Shown piece after piece: positions 18,898-30,735 of a stretch of 64,000 nt of DNA. The DNA is from Mycobacteriales bacterium (lineage in GTDB: Bacteria > Actinomycetota > Actinomycetes > JAFAQI01): positions 10,983-74,982 of the forward strand of contig DASSKP010000002.1 in the NCBI GenBank assembly GCA_035690365.1, written 5' to 3'. The translations under genes were made by a program, and so were the position numbers. A model generated the notes under the pieces. It made no database searches. It worked only from the letters and a program-made list of their open reading frames with translations, and was not told the origin of the DNA. The first letter of the stretch is position 1, and the number at the start of each line of letters is the position of its first letter.

Positions 18898-19646
18898 GCG
18901 GCAGGCTCGAAGGCAAGGTCGCGCTGGTCAGCGGCGGCTCCCGCGGCATGGGCGCGGCGACCGTGCGGCAGTTCCACGCCGAGGGTGCGTCCGTCGTCGC
19001 AGCCGACCTCCTCGACGACGACGGCAAGGCGCTGGCCGATGAGCTCGGCGACCGGGTTCGGTTCGTCCACCTCGACGTGACCTCCGAGGAGCAGTGGCTG
19101 GCAGCGGTCGAGCAGACCGAGCGCGAGTTCGGCAAGCTCGACGTGCTCGTCAACAACGCCGGCATCCTGAAGTTCAACGCCGTCGCCGACACACCGCTCG
19201 ACGAGTTCCGCCAGGTCATCGACGTCAATCTCGTCGGTGTCTTCCTCGGCATGAAGGCGGGCATCCCCGCGCTAAAGCGCGCCGGCGGTGGCTCGATCGT
19301 CAACCTGTCGTCGACAGAAGGCCTCGGCGCGACGGTGTTCTGCGGCGCCTACACCGCGAGCAAGTTCGGCGTCCGTGGCCTCACCAAGGTCGGCGCGCTC
19401 GAGTACGGCCCGGACCGCATCCGCTGCAACTCCGTGCACCCCGGCGGCATCGACACCCCGATGACCCGCGCGGTCATGGACGCGGATGGCCGCAAGTACG
19501 TCGCCAAGAAGGTGCCGCTGGGCCGGATGGGCACAGCCGAGGACGTGGCGAACGTCATCACGTTCCTCGCCAGCGATGAGTCGTCGTACTGCAACGGTGG
19601 CGAGTTCGTCGTCGACGGTGGCGTCACGTCGAGTGCGGGTTTCTAG
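18894..19646 (+). CDS. SDR, 3-alpha(or 20-beta)-hydroxysteroid dehydrogenase-like
   Basis: GTG 18894 overlaps the previous stop. Motifs are GKVALVSGGSRGMGAA, NNAG and YTASKFGVRGLTK (YxxxK). It is very similar to the FabG3-type hydroxysteroid dehydrogenase as recalled. Confidence 0.85.
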   Translation: MSGRLEGKVALVSGGSRGMGAATVRQFHAEGASVVAADLLDDDGKALADELGDRVRFVHLDVTSEEQWLAAVEQTEREFGKLDVLVNNAGILKFNAVADTPLDEFRQVIDVNLVGVFLGMKAGIPALKRAGGGSIVNLSSTEGLGATVFCGAYTASKFGVRGLTKVGALEYGPDRIRCNSVHPGGIDTPMTRAVMDADGRKYVAKKVPLGRMGTAEDVANVITFLASDESSYCNGGEFVVDGGVTSSAGF

Positions 19647-19658
19647 GAGAGGCCGGGC

Positions 19659-20834
19659 ATGAGGATCGCCTACACCGACGACCAGCTCGCTCTGCGCGAC
19701 GAGCTGCGTGCCTACTTCGCCGAGCTCGTCACGCCGGAGGTCGCGGCGGAGATGGCGCAGGGCGAGATGGGCGGCAAGAAGTGCCTGGAGGCCGTCGCGC
19801 AGATGGGCAAGGACGGCTGGCTCGGGGTCGGCTGGCCGAAGGAGTACGGCGGTCGCGGCTTCGGACCGATGGAGCAGTTCGTCTTCTACGACGAGGCACA
19901 GCGCGCCGGGGCTCCGGTGCCGTTCCTGACGATCAACACCGTCGGCCCGGCGCTCATGCAGTTCGCGTCCGACGAGGTCAAGAACGACATCCTGCCGCGA
20001 ATCCTGCAGGGCCAGTGCTTCTTCTCGATCGGCTACTCCGAGCCGCAGGCCGGCACCGACCTCGCGGGGCTGAAGACGCGCGCGGTGCGCGACGGCGACG
20101 AGTGGGTCATCAACGGCCAGAAGATCTACACGAGCCTGACCGACCACGCCGACTACATCTGGCTCGCGTGCCGCACCAACCCGGATGCGAGCAAGCACAA
20201 GGGCATCAGCATCATCCTCGTCCCGACGTCGAGTGAGGGCTTCTCCTACACACCGATCCGCACGATCGGCGACGCGACGACCTACGCGACGTACTACCAG
20301 GACGTCCGGGTGCCGGTCGCCAACACCGTCGGGGAGATCGACGGTGGCTGGACGGTCATCACGACGCAGCTCAACTACGAGCGCATCTCGCTCGCCTCGC
20401 CGGCGATCCTCGAGCGCAACTACCTCGAGACCCGGCGCTGGGCACAGGAGACCAAGCTGCCCGACGGTCGTCGCGTCATCGACCAGGAGTGGGTGCAGGT
20501 CCACCTGGCCAAGGTGCACGCCCGCCTCGAGGCGCTGCGGCTGCTCAACTGGAAGAACATCTGGCAGGACAGCGTCGGGAAGGTCAGCATCGCTGACTCC
20601 TCCGGCGTGAAGGTCTACGGCACGACGACCTACTGCGAGTGCTACGGCTTGCTGCTCGAGGTGCTCGGTGCGGGAGGCATCCTCAAGCGCACATCACCCG
20701 GATCGGTGCTGGCCGGCCGGGTCGAGCGGGCCTATCGGGGCACGCTGATCCTCACCTTCGGCGGCGGCACCAACGAGATCCAGCGCGACCTGATCGCCAT
20801 CTTCGGCCTCAACATGCCGCGATCGCTGCGGTAG
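19659..20834 (+). CDS. fadE26: Acyl-CoA dehydrogenase, alpha subunit of a heteromeric steroid ACAD (FadE26/ChsE4-like)
   Basis: MRIAYTDDQLALRDELRAYF...GWPKEYGG...FSIGYSEPQAGTDLAGLKTRAVRDGDEWVINGQKIYTS...LTFGGGTNEIQRD parallels the M. tuberculosis FadE26 sequence as recalled. Confidence 0.8.
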   Translation: MRIAYTDDQLALRDELRAYFAELVTPEVAAEMAQGEMGGKKCLEAVAQMGKDGWLGVGWPKEYGGRGFGPMEQFVFYDEAQRAGAPVPFLTINTVGPALMQFASDEVKNDILPRILQGQCFFSIGYSEPQAGTDLAGLKTRAVRDGDEWVINGQKIYTSLTDHADYIWLACRTNPDASKHKGISIILVPTSSEGFSYTPIRTIGDATTYATYYQDVRVPVANTVGEIDGGWTVITTQLNYERISLASPAILERNYLETRRWAQETKLPDGRRVIDQEWVQVHLAKVHARLEALRLLNWKNIWQDSVGKVSIADSSGVKVYGTTTYCECYGLLLEVLGAGGILKRTSPGSVLAGRVERAYRGTLILTFGGGTNEIQRDLIAIFGLNMPRSLR

Positions 20835-20842
20835 GAGACGTC

Positions 20843-21919
20843 ATGGACTTCGGACTGACTGACGACCAGAAGTCGTTGCGCGCGCTCGCCCGCGAGATCC
20901 TCGCGGACGTCGCCACCCATGACCACCTGAAGGACCTCGAGTCCGCCGGCTGGTCGGTGTTCGACCGCGACCTGTGGCAGAAGCTGGCTGCCGCCGGCAT
21001 CACCGGCATCGCCGTGCCGGAGGCGCAGGGCGGTGGTGGTCTCGGCTTCCTCGAGCTGTCACTGGTCTTCGAGGAGGTCGGCCGTACGGTCGCGCCGGTC
21101 CCCGCGGTGCCGACACTCACCACGGCGTTCGTCCTCGGTGCGCACAAGGTCGCGACCGACCTGCTCGGTGGTGTCGCCGACGGCTCGACGATCGTCACGA
21201 CCGCCTTCGAGGGCGAGGTGCTGGCCAGCCGGGACGGGGCCGACTACGTCCTGACCGGCGAGGCGCCGTTCGTGCCGTACGGCGCCGAAGCCGACCTGGT
21301 CGTCGTTCCCGCGTTGTTCGGCGAGGGGCCGATCGCGGGCCTCATCCGGCGGGGCGCAAGCGGCGTCACCGTCACGGAGCTCCAGACGACCAACCGTGAG
21401 CCGCAGGCTCTGCTGGTGCTGGACGGCGCACGGGTCGCGGCGGCCGACGTCGTGACCGACGCCGACGACCTCCTGCAGGACCTCCGGCTGCACACCACGT
21501 CGGCGCTCTGCTCGGTGGCCGCAGGTGTGTGCCAGGCCGCGCTCGACATGACCGCCAAGCACACGGCCACCCGCGAGCAGTTCGGCAAGCCGATCGCGTC
21601 GTTCCAGGCGGTCGGCCAGCGCGCTGCCGATGCCTACATCGACACCGAGATGGTGCGGCTGACCGCGCTGCAGGCTGCCTGGCGTCTGTCCGAGGGCTGG
21701 CCGGCGACGGAAGAGGTCGCGGTCGCGAAGTTCTGGGCCGGCGACGGCGGCATGCGCGCTTTGCACGCCTGTCAGCACCTGCACGGCGGTCTCGGTGTCG
21801 ATCTCGACTACCCGCTGCACCGCTACTTCCTCTGGGGCAAGCAGATCGAGCACGAGCTCGGGACGCCGACCCGTCAGCTCATCGCACTCGGGGCGCACCT
21901 CGCGCAGACGCCGGTCTGA
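20843..21919 (+). CDS. fadE27: Acyl-CoA dehydrogenase, beta subunit partner (FadE27/ChsE5-like)
   Basis: ATG 20843 lies within ORF 20639..21919. It has the ACAD fold (REQFGKPIASFQAVGQRAADAY...) and sits immediately after the FadE26-like gene, the arrangement of alpha2beta2 steroid ACADs. Confidence 0.75.
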   Translation: MDFGLTDDQKSLRALAREILADVATHDHLKDLESAGWSVFDRDLWQKLAAAGITGIAVPEAQGGGGLGFLELSLVFEEVGRTVAPVPAVPTLTTAFVLGAHKVATDLLGGVADGSTIVTTAFEGEVLASRDGADYVLTGEAPFVPYGAEADLVVVPALFGEGPIAGLIRRGASGVTVTELQTTNREPQALLVLDGARVAAADVVTDADDLLQDLRLHTTSALCSVAAGVCQAALDMTAKHTATREQFGKPIASFQAVGQRAADAYIDTEMVRLTALQAAWRLSEGWPATEEVAVAKFWAGDGGMRALHACQHLHGGLGVDLDYPLHRYFLWGKQIEHELGTPTRQLIALGAHLAQTPV

Positions 21920-21948
21920 CCGGCACGGTCAGGTAGGGAAAGGACGTC

Positions 21949-23550
21949 GTGGACTTCAACCTCGCCGACATCTTCGAGTCGGTCGCCGACACGGTCCCGG
22001 ACCGCGAGGCGCTGATCTTCGGCGACCGCCGGCTGACCTACGCCGAGCTCGAGAGCCGGGCCAACCGGCTCGCGCACCACTTCCTCGACGTCGGCGTGAA
22101 GCCGGGCGACCACATCGGCCTGCAGCTCTACAACTGCACGGAGTACGTCGAGGCGATGATCGCCTGCTTCAAGGTTCGTGCAGTGCCGGTCAACGTCAAC
22201 TACCGCTACGTCGAGGACGAGCTGGCCTACCTGTTCAACGACGCCGACCTCGTTGCGGTGCTCGTCGACACGGAGTTCACCGACCGGATCAGCGGCGTCC
22301 GTGCTCGTACGCCGATGCTGCGGCATGTCATCACCGTCGGGAACGGTCCGCGGCCGGACGGCGCGGTCGATTACGACGACGCGCTCGCCGCGAGCAAGGA
22401 AGTCCGCGGCTTCGACCCTCGATCGCCCGACGACCTCTACGTCATCTACACCGGCGGCACGACCGGCATGCCCAAGGGCGTGATGTGGCGGCAGGAGGAC
22501 CTCTTCTTCGCCGGCATGGGCGGCGCCGACCCGGTCGGGACCCCGGTGTCCACCCCGGAGGAGGTCGCCGAACGGTTGGCGACCAGGGGCGTCATCAACA
22601 TGTTCCCGGTCGCTCCGCTGATGCACGGCGCGGCCCAGCTCGCGACGTGGATCGGCTTCCTGCAGGGCGCGAAGGTCATGTTGGTGCGCAAGTTCGAGCC
22701 GGTCGACGTCATCGACACCGCGTCTCGCGAGAAGGCGCACTCGATGTCGATCGTCGGCGACGCGATGGCGCGGCCGCTGGCGGAGGCGCTGGAGGGGCCG
22801 CGCAAGGGTGCCGACCTGTCGTCGTTGTTCGCGATCAGCTCGGCCGGCGCGATTCTGTCCGCCGCGGTGCGCGACAAGCTGCAGTCGCTGCTGCCCAACG
22901 TGATGCTGCTCGACAACTTCGGCGCATCGGAGACCGGCTTCCAGGGCACCGCGGCCGCCGGCTCCAGCCCGGACAAGGGACTGCGCTTCAGCGTCAACCA
23001 GCGGACCGCGGTGCTCGACGAGCACCTCAAGCCGATCGCGCCGGGGTCCGGCGTGATCGGCCGGGTGGCGCAGCGCGGGCACGTGCCGCTCGGTTACTAC
23101 AAGGACGAGAAGAAGACCGCCGACAGCTTCGTGACCATCGACGGTGAGCGCTGGGTTCTCCTCGGCGACATGGCCACCGTCGAGGCGGACGGCAACATCG
23201 CGGTGCTCGGCCGGGGCGCGGTGTGCATCAACACCGGTGGCGAGAAGGTCTACCCCGAAGAGGTCGAGGCGGTCCTGAAAGCCCACCCGGCCGTTTATGA
23301 CGCCATCGTGGCGGGTGTTCCGGATGACCGCTTCGGTCAGCGGGTCGCTGCCGTCGTACAGCTTCGTGACGGGGTGGCCGCAGACGAAGCCGAGCTCATC
23401 GCGCACGCCCGGGCGCACGTCGCCGGCTACAAGGCGCCGAAATCGGTGGTCCTGGTGCCGGAGATTCGCCGCTCACCGAGCGGGAAGGCTGACTACCCTT
23501 GGGCCGCGCGAGTGGCCCTCGAGAGCGCTTCGACAACGACAGGGAGCTGA
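21949..23550 (+). CDS. fadD19: Steroid/fatty acyl-CoA ligase, FadD19-like
   Basis: LTYAELESRANRLAHH, VNVNYRYVEDELAYLFNDADLVA, YTGGTTGMPKGVMWRQEDL, YYKDEKKTADSF, GGEKVYPEEVEAVLKAHP and GYKAPKS...RSPSGKADYPWA track the M. tuberculosis FadD19 sequence as recalled. Confidence 0.8.
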   Translation: MDFNLADIFESVADTVPDREALIFGDRRLTYAELESRANRLAHHFLDVGVKPGDHIGLQLYNCTEYVEAMIACFKVRAVPVNVNYRYVEDELAYLFNDADLVAVLVDTEFTDRISGVRARTPMLRHVITVGNGPRPDGAVDYDDALAASKEVRGFDPRSPDDLYVIYTGGTTGMPKGVMWRQEDLFFAGMGGADPVGTPVSTPEEVAERLATRGVINMFPVAPLMHGAAQLATWIGFLQGAKVMLVRKFEPVDVIDTASREKAHSMSIVGDAMARPLAEALEGPRKGADLSSLFAISSAGAILSAAVRDKLQSLLPNVMLLDNFGASETGFQGTAAAGSSPDKGLRFSVNQRTAVLDEHLKPIAPGSGVIGRVAQRGHVPLGYYKDEKKTADSFVTIDGERWVLLGDMATVEADGNIAVLGRGAVCINTGGEKVYPEEVEAVLKAHPAVYDAIVAGVPDDRFGQRVAAVVQLRDGVAADEAELIAHARAHVAGYKAPKSVVLVPEIRRSPSGKADYPWAARVALESASTTTGS

Positions 23551-23553
23551 CCC

Positions 23554-24180
23554 GTGTCCGGCGAGATGGCGACGGTGCGGTCGATTCCCGCGTCGCAGCT
23601 CGCCCGCCGTGAACGCATCCTCGACGCCGCGATGGAGCTGGCGACCGACGGCGGGTACGACGCCGTGCAGATGCGCGAGGTCGCGGAGCGCGCCGACGTG
23701 GCGCTCGGCACCCTCTACCGCTACTTCCCGTCGAAGGTGCACCTGCTCGTCGCGGCCATGGGCCGCACGTTCCACACCCTGCAGGAGAGCGTGCGCGTCG
23801 ACGGCTCCGACGGCACACCGCAGGAGCGGGTCTACCGCGTCGTCGCTGCAGTGACCCGCTATCTCGCGCGGCACCGTCGGTTGTCCGGCGCGATGATCCG
23901 CGCGCTGATGAGCGCCGACACCGAAGCCGCGCGCGAGGTCGAGGAGGTCGGCGAGATGCTCGTCGGCATCATCGCGGCGGCGCACCGCGACCCGGAGGCG
24001 GCCGTGCCCACGCCGGCGGAGAGCGAGCACGACGCCCTCGTCGCCCACGTCATCGGCAAGGTCTGGTTGACCGACGTCGTGACGCTGCTGTCCGGACGTA
24101 TGACGGTGTCACAGGTCCTCGAAGACCTCGAGGCCACGATCGCTCTGGTCATGCCCCCGTCGCGACCGGGGAGTGGCTGA
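23554..24180 (+). CDS. kstR: TetR family repressor KstR
   Basis: RRERILDAAMELATDGGYDAVQMREVAERADVALGTLYRYFPSKVHLLVAAMG is nearly the KstR (Rv3574) HTH region as recalled. Matching operator boxes are present in the window. Confidence 0.85.
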   Translation: MSGEMATVRSIPASQLARRERILDAAMELATDGGYDAVQMREVAERADVALGTLYRYFPSKVHLLVAAMGRTFHTLQESVRVDGSDGTPQERVYRVVAAVTRYLARHRRLSGAMIRALMSADTEAAREVEEVGEMLVGIIAAAHRDPEAAVPTPAESEHDALVAHVIGKVWLTDVVTLLSGRMTVSQVLEDLEATIALVMPPSRPGSG

Positions 24181-24409
24181 CCAGGTAGTCCACCAGCGTC
24201 GTGAGGGATCCGACGCGGGCATAGTCGTCCTCACGGATCTCGACGCCGGTCGAGTCGTGGAGCAGCTCGACGAGGTTGAGGAAGTCGAGCGAGTCCAGGT
24301 CCATCTCCTCCCGGAACGGCGCGTCGCCGTCCACGGTGGCGATGTCGACCTCCGGGGCGATCGACCCAAGGGCTGCGGCGACCGCTGCTGTGGCTTCGGT
24401 GGGATTCAT
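24149..24409 (-). CDS. Acyl carrier protein (PP-binding), 86 aa
   Basis: The DLDSLDFLNLVELL phosphopantetheine attachment motif is present, and the composition is acidic. The start codon overlaps the E2 stop (ATGA). The 3-prime end overlaps the kstR 3-prime end by 32 nt. Confidence 0.8.
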   Translation of the reverse strand: MNPTEATAAVAAALGSIAPEVDIATVDGDAPFREEMDLDSLDFLNLVELLHDSTGVEIREDDYARVGSLTTLVDYLVSHSPVATGA

Positions 24410-25767
24410 AGCTTCTCCGGTGACTGGAGGAGGTCGTCGAGGGCCGCGAGGTAGCGGCTCCCGGCATGTCCGTCGGTGGCTCGGTGGTCACCGGACAGGG
24501 TCGCGGTGACCGTCGGCCGGGCGGCGAGCATCCCGCCGCTCGCCCATGGCCGCTCGACGATGCGTCCGAGCCCGACCAGCGCGACCTGCGGCGGGAAGAT
24601 GACACCGAGGACCGACTCGGCACCGTTGTCGCCGAGGTTGGTGACGGTGAGCGTGCCGTCGGTCATCTCCGTACGACGAAGGCGGCCGGACCGGGCGCGC
24701 GTGACCACGTCGCGAAGCCCCTTCATCAGCGTGTCGAGGTCGAGGATGTCGGCATCCAGGATGGCCGGCGCGACGAGCCCGGACGGTCGCAGCGACACCG
24801 CGACGCCGAGGTGGACGTGGTCGCACCGCTCGAGGTGGTCGTCGACCCAGAAGCCGTTCAGCTCGGGGACGGCCCGCGCGGCCAGCGCGCTCGCCTTCAG
24901 CAGCAGCGCCGCGGGCACGAGCCGCTCGGAGACCGGCCGGCGGGTGTTGACGTCGCGCATCCAGGACAGCGCGGCGGAAAGGTCGATCGTCGTCGTGACG
25001 TAGTAGTGCGGAATCTCGCGCTTCGACCTGGCCATCAGCTCGCCGATGGCGCGGCGCATGGCGGCGTTGCGGTCCGCCGCCGAGGTCTCGGCCGGGACCG
25101 TCACCGTGGGCGTCGGCGGCTGCTGCGGCGCCTCAGCATGCGTCGCCTCCGCCTCAGGCGTTGAAGGTGCGTTGCGTGCGGCAGCGGCGGCGTCGACGTC
25201 AGCCACGGTGACCGATCCGTTCGGACCGCTGCCGGCAACGGTGTCGATGGCGATGCCGAGGTCGAGGGCCCGCCGGCGGGCGAGCGGTGAGGCCGGCACC
25301 CGGCGGCCGGGTGCGGCCGTGTCGGGACGCGGGAGCGGAACGGCGACTCGCGCCGCCTCGACGTCTGCTCTGGTGACGACGCCGTCCGGACCCGTGCCGT
25401 TGACCGTCGACACGTCGATGCCGGCCGTGTGCGCGAGATGGCGGACGAGCGGGGACGCGACAGCGGGCGCTGCCGGCGCTGCCGGTGCTGCCGGTGCTGC
25501 CGGTGTTGGCGCTGCGACGGCCGGCGCCGCTGCCCCGTCGCCGAAGCGGGCCAGTGGCGCGCCGACGGGGACCCGGGTGCCCGGCGGCACGAGCAGCTCC
25601 GCAACCACCCCGTCTTCGAAGCACTCGACTTCGATCGCCGCCTTGTCGGTGTCGACCACCGCGACGATGTCCCCGCGGTGCACCTCGTCACCCGGCTTCA
25701 CGAGCCATTCGAGAAGCGTGCCCTCCGTCATGTCGGCGCCGAGCGAGGGCATCACGAACTCACCCAT
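24406..25767 (-). CDS. Dihydrolipoamide acyltransferase (E2) of a 2-oxoacid/acetoin dehydrogenase-type complex
   Basis: The start is [16 protein letters not shown]. The lipoyl-Lys motif is [12 protein letters not shown], followed by an Ala/Pro linker. There are two peripheral-subunit-binding domains ([26 protein letters not shown] and [26 protein letters not shown]). The catalytic motif is SGDHRATDG. Confidence 0.85.
   Translation of the reverse strand: MGEFVMPSLGADMTEGTLLEWLVKPGDEVHRGDIVAVVDTDKAAIEVECFEDGVVAELLVPPGTRVPVGAPLARFGDGAAAPAVAAPTPAAPAAPAAPAAPAVASPLVRHLAHTAGIDVSTVNGTGPDGVVTRADVEAARVAVPLPRPDTAAPGRRVPASPLARRRALDLGIAIDTVAGSGPNGSVTVADVDAAAAARNAPSTPEAEATHAEAPQQPPTPTVTVPAETSAADRNAAMRRAIGELMARSKREIPHYYVTTTIDLSAALSWMRDVNTRRPVSERLVPAALLLKASALAARAVPELNGFWVDDHLERCDHVHLGVAVSLRPSGLVAPAILDADILDLDTLMKGLRDVVTRARSGRLRRTEMTDGTLTVTNLGDNGAESVLGVIFPPQVALVGLGRIVERPWASGGMLAARPTVTATLSGDHRATDGHAGSRYLAALDDLLQSPEKL
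25469..25504. repeat. Four tandem 9-bp units (GCTGCCGGN) encoding the (PAA)n linker of the E2
   Basis: Units lie at 25469-25477, 25478-25486, 25487-25495 and 25496-25504. They translate on the minus strand to [12 protein letters not shown] between the lipoyl and PSBD domains. Confidence 0.7.
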
Positions 25768-26740
25768 GAGCGCCCACCACCTCACGCGCGGCGGCGACGA
25801 CCCGATCGGCACTCGGTAGTGCAGCCTGTTCGAGCTGGTGCGCGTAGGGCATCGGCACCTCGGCGCTGCACACCCGGGCGACCGGTGCGTCGAGCTCGTA
25901 GAAGGCACCTTCGATGATGCGGGCCGACACCTCCGCGGAGATGCTGCCGCTGCGCCAGCCTTCGTCGACGATCACGGCCCGGTGGGTCCGGGAGACCGAC
26001 TCGAGCACGGTCGCCTCGTCGAGCGGTCGCAACGTGCGCAGGTCGATGACCTCCGCATCGATGCCGTCGTCCTGCAGGGTTGTCGCAGCCTCAACCGTCA
26101 TGGGCAACGTGCCGCCATAGGTGATCAGCGAGACGTCGGTCCCGTGGCGCCGTACGGCCGCGCGGTCGAGGTCGACCGGTCCGGCGTCGTCGTCGAGCGA
26201 GCCGGACATCGGGTAGAGGGACGCGTGCTCGAAGATCAGCACCGGGTCGGGGTCGGCGAGCGCTGTGGCGAGCATGCCCCGCGCGTCCTCGAGGGTCGCC
26301 GGCGTCACGACGCGCAGTCCGGGGATGTGCGCGAACCAGCCGTCGAGGGAGTGCGAGTGCTGAGCCGCCACCTGTCGGCCCCCGCCGGTGGGGATGCGGA
26401 GAACCAACGGCACCGCGCACTGCCCGCCGGACATGTGCAGCAGCGTGGCGGCGTTGTTCATGATCTGGTCGAGTGCCAGCAGGCTGAAGTTGACCGTCAT
26501 GATCTCGACGATCGGTCGCATGCCGGCCATCGCGGCGCCGACGCCTGCCCCGACAAAGGCGGACTCCGACAGCGGGGCGTCGCGGATGCGGTCCGGCCCG
26601 AACTGCTCCAGCAGCCCGAGGCTGACGGCGAAGCAGCCGCCGTAGCGACCGACGTCCTCACCCATCAGGAAGACGCGGTCGTCGCTTTCCAGCGCCTCCG
26701 ACAGAGCGGACCGGATGGCCTCGCGATAGGTCGTGTTCAT
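25760..26740 (-). CDS. E1 component beta subunit (transketolase-like pyrimidine-binding)
   Basis: [43 protein letters not shown]..., typical of PdhB/AcoB/BkdB. The start overlaps the E1-alpha stop (ATGA). Confidence 0.9.
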   Translation of the reverse strand: MNTTYREAIRSALSEALESDDRVFLMGEDVGRYGGCFAVSLGLLEQFGPDRIRDAPLSESAFVGAGVGAAMAGMRPIVEIMTVNFSLLALDQIMNNAATLLHMSGGQCAVPLVLRIPTGGGRQVAAQHSHSLDGWFAHIPGLRVVTPATLEDARGMLATALADPDPVLIFEHASLYPMSGSLDDDAGPVDLDRAAVRRHGTDVSLITYGGTLPMTVEAATTLQDDGIDAEVIDLRTLRPLDEATVLESVSRTHRAVIVDEGWRSGSISAEVSARIIEGAFYELDAPVARVCSAEVPMPYAHQLEQAALPSADRVVAAAREVVGAHG

Positions 26741-27734
26741 GTCCCTGCTCCCGCGTCGCTGTAGACCCAGCGGGTCAGGCTCGTCACCGGTTCCTCGTGA
26801 CCCGACTGCGCGTAGTCGACGGCGTCAGTGATCTCGGCAGCGACCTCGTCCTCGATCGCGGTGACGTCGGCGTCCGTCAGGCTGCCCGCAGCGCGCATTC
26901 GCTCGACGAACGCCGGCAGCGGGTCGCGCTGCATCCACTGCCGGATCTCGTCCTTGGTGCGGTACCGATCCGGGTCGTAGAGCGAGTGCGCGCGGAAGCG
27001 ATAGGTGCGCAGCTCCAGGAAGTGCGGGCCCCCTCCTGCCCGCACTGCCTCGGCCGCGGCACGGGTGGCGTCCTCGACAGCGAGAACGTCCATCCCGTCG
27101 ACGCTCCATGCCGGCATCTCGTAGCTGCTCGCCCGCAAGGCCACGTCGGTCTGTGACTGGGCGCGTTCGATCGCGGTGCCCATCGCGTAGAGGTTGTTCT
27201 CGCAGAGGAACAACACAGGGAGCCGCCAGAGTGCGGCCAGGTTGAGGGTCTCGTGGAACTCACCTTCGGCCACGGCGCCGTCGCCGAAGAAGCACGCCGT
27301 CACCGCATCGCGGCCGCGCATGTCGTCCGCCAGCGCAAGCCCGAGCGCCAGCGGCAACCCGCCGGCCACGATGGCGTTGCCGCCGTAGAAGCGGCTGCCG
27401 ACGTCGAAGAGGTGCATCGAACCGCCGCGCCCGCCGCTGCATCCCTCGACCTTGCCGAACATCTCCGCCATCACCGCGCGGGTGGGGATCCCGCGGGCGA
27501 GCGCGTGACCGTGCTCCCGGTACGTCGACACGACAGCGTCGTCAGGCGTCAACGCACGCATCGCGCCGGCGGCGACGGCCTCCTCGCCGATGTAGAGATG
27601 CACGAAGCCGCGGATCGTGCCGGCGCTGTAGAGCTGCACGCACTTCTCCTCGAAGCGCCGGATGAGAGTCATCTGCCGGAGCAGCGCCAGACCGCGCTCG
27701 CGGTCAAGTGCCCGGGTGGTGTCAACCGTTGTCG

Positions 27735-27738
<4 letters not shown>
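26737..27738 (-). CDS. E1 component alpha subunit (ThDP-dependent dehydrogenase)
   Basis: [16 protein letters not shown], the ThDP motif [31 protein letters not shown] and YRFRAHS are typical of PdhA/AcoA. The start overlaps the ligase stop (ATGA). Confidence 0.9.
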
Positions 27739-29510
<1,772 letters not shown>

Positions 29511-29521
29511 GCTGACTCCTC

Positions 29522-30574
29522 TTATGCGACCGTGACATCCGCGTCGAGATAGACGTCCTGGACGGCGTGCAGCAGCGAGATGCCATCGGCGGTCGGCCGC
29601 TGGAACGCCTTGCGGCCGGTGATCAGGCCGGTGCCGCCGGCACGCTTGTTGATGACGGCTGTCCGTACGACGGCCGCGAGGTCGTCTGTCCCTGAGGACG
29701 CGCCGCCACTGTTGATGAGCGAGACCCGGCCGAGGTAGCAGTTGGCGACCTGCCAGCGGGTGAGGTCGATCGGGTTGTCCGTGGTGAGCTCGTCGTAGAC
29801 CGCCGGGCTCGTCCGTCCGAAGCCGAGGGCGACGTAGCCGCCGTTGTTCTGCGGCTGCTTCTGCTTGATGATGTCGGCTTCCAGCGTCGCGCCGAGATGG
29901 TTGGCCTGCCCGGTGAGGTCAGCGGAGACCGCGTAGTCGACCCCGTCGTGGGTGAAGGCTGCGTTGCGCAGGTAGCACCACAGGACGGTGAACATGCCGA
30001 GCTGGTGGGCCTCAGCGAACGCGTCCCGGACCTCCTGAAGCTGCCGGTCGGACTCCGGTGAGCCGAAGTAGATGGTCGCTCCCACCCCGGCCGCGCCGAG
30101 GTCGAACGCCTGCCCGACCGTCGCGAACATCACCTGGTCGTGATGGTTCGGGTAGGTCAGCAGCTCGTTGTGGTTGAGCTTGACGATGAACGGAATCCGG
30201 TGGGCGTAGCGGCGCGAGACCGCGCCGAGGACCCCCAGCGTGCTGGCAACGCCGTTGCAGCCGCCGTCGATGGCCAGCTCCACGATGTTCGCGGGGTCGA
30301 AGTAGCGAGGGTTCGGCGCGAAGGAAGCCGCCGCCGAGTGCTCGACTCCCTGGTCGACCGGCAACAGCGACAGGTAGCCGGTGCCGGCCAGGCGCCCGTG
30401 CCCGAACAGCGCCTGCAGGTTGCGGAGGACCTGCGGTGAACGGTCCGTCCCGGCGACCACACGGCTCACGAAGTCCGGCCCCGGCAGGTGCAGGTCCTCC
30501 TTCGGCAGCCCCTTGCAGACATGGGCGAGCAGCGTCTCCGCCTCGTCCCCGAGCAGCGTCGCGATCTCGATCAT
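29522..30574 (-). CDS. fbaB: Class I fructose-bisphosphate aldolase (FbaB/DhnA type), 350 aa
   Basis: From ATG 30572-30574 ([16 protein letters not shown]...). [65 protein letters not shown] and [19 protein letters not shown] align almost continuously with E. coli FbaB as recalled, and the length is the same. Confidence 0.85.
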   Translation of the reverse strand: MIEIATLLGDEAETLLAHVCKGLPKEDLHLPGPDFVSRVVAGTDRSPQVLRNLQALFGHGRLAGTGYLSLLPVDQGVEHSAAASFAPNPRYFDPANIVELAIDGGCNGVASTLGVLGAVSRRYAHRIPFIVKLNHNELLTYPNHHDQVMFATVGQAFDLGAAGVGATIYFGSPESDRQLQEVRDAFAEAHQLGMFTVLWCYLRNAAFTHDGVDYAVSADLTGQANHLGATLEADIIKQKQPQNNGGYVALGFGRTSPAVYDELTTDNPIDLTRWQVANCYLGRVSLINSGGASSGTDDLAAVVRTAVINKRAGGTGLITGRKAFQRPTADGISLLHAVQDVYLDADVTVA

Positions 30575-30735
30575 GCCGAAAGCCTGCTGTCGGAGGCATT
30601 TCGCGGCTAGGGCACTTGGTCCCATCCGTCGCCGACGACCTCGTGCTGAGCGAGGACTTTCGGCTCTAGCGACGACGTCTGGCCACGCTCACTTTGAACG
30701 TAGTCGGCTGGTTCAGCCGCAGGGAGGTGGCTGCA

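Noticed and set aside
25469-25504. Short regular tandem repeats, considered as a possible CRISPR-like or VNTR element
   Set aside because: The units are contiguous 9-mers without spacers, and they lie in frame inside the E2 gene. They simply encode the Ala/Pro interdomain linker. No CRISPR repeat-spacer architecture exists anywhere in the window.
30575-30735. Shared operator in the fbaB / PTS divergent promoter region
   Set aside because: Only weak 5-bp inverted repeats (ATGCC...GGCAT, CCTCG...CGAGG) are present, and none reaches the quality of the other palindromes reported. There is no basis for calling a site.
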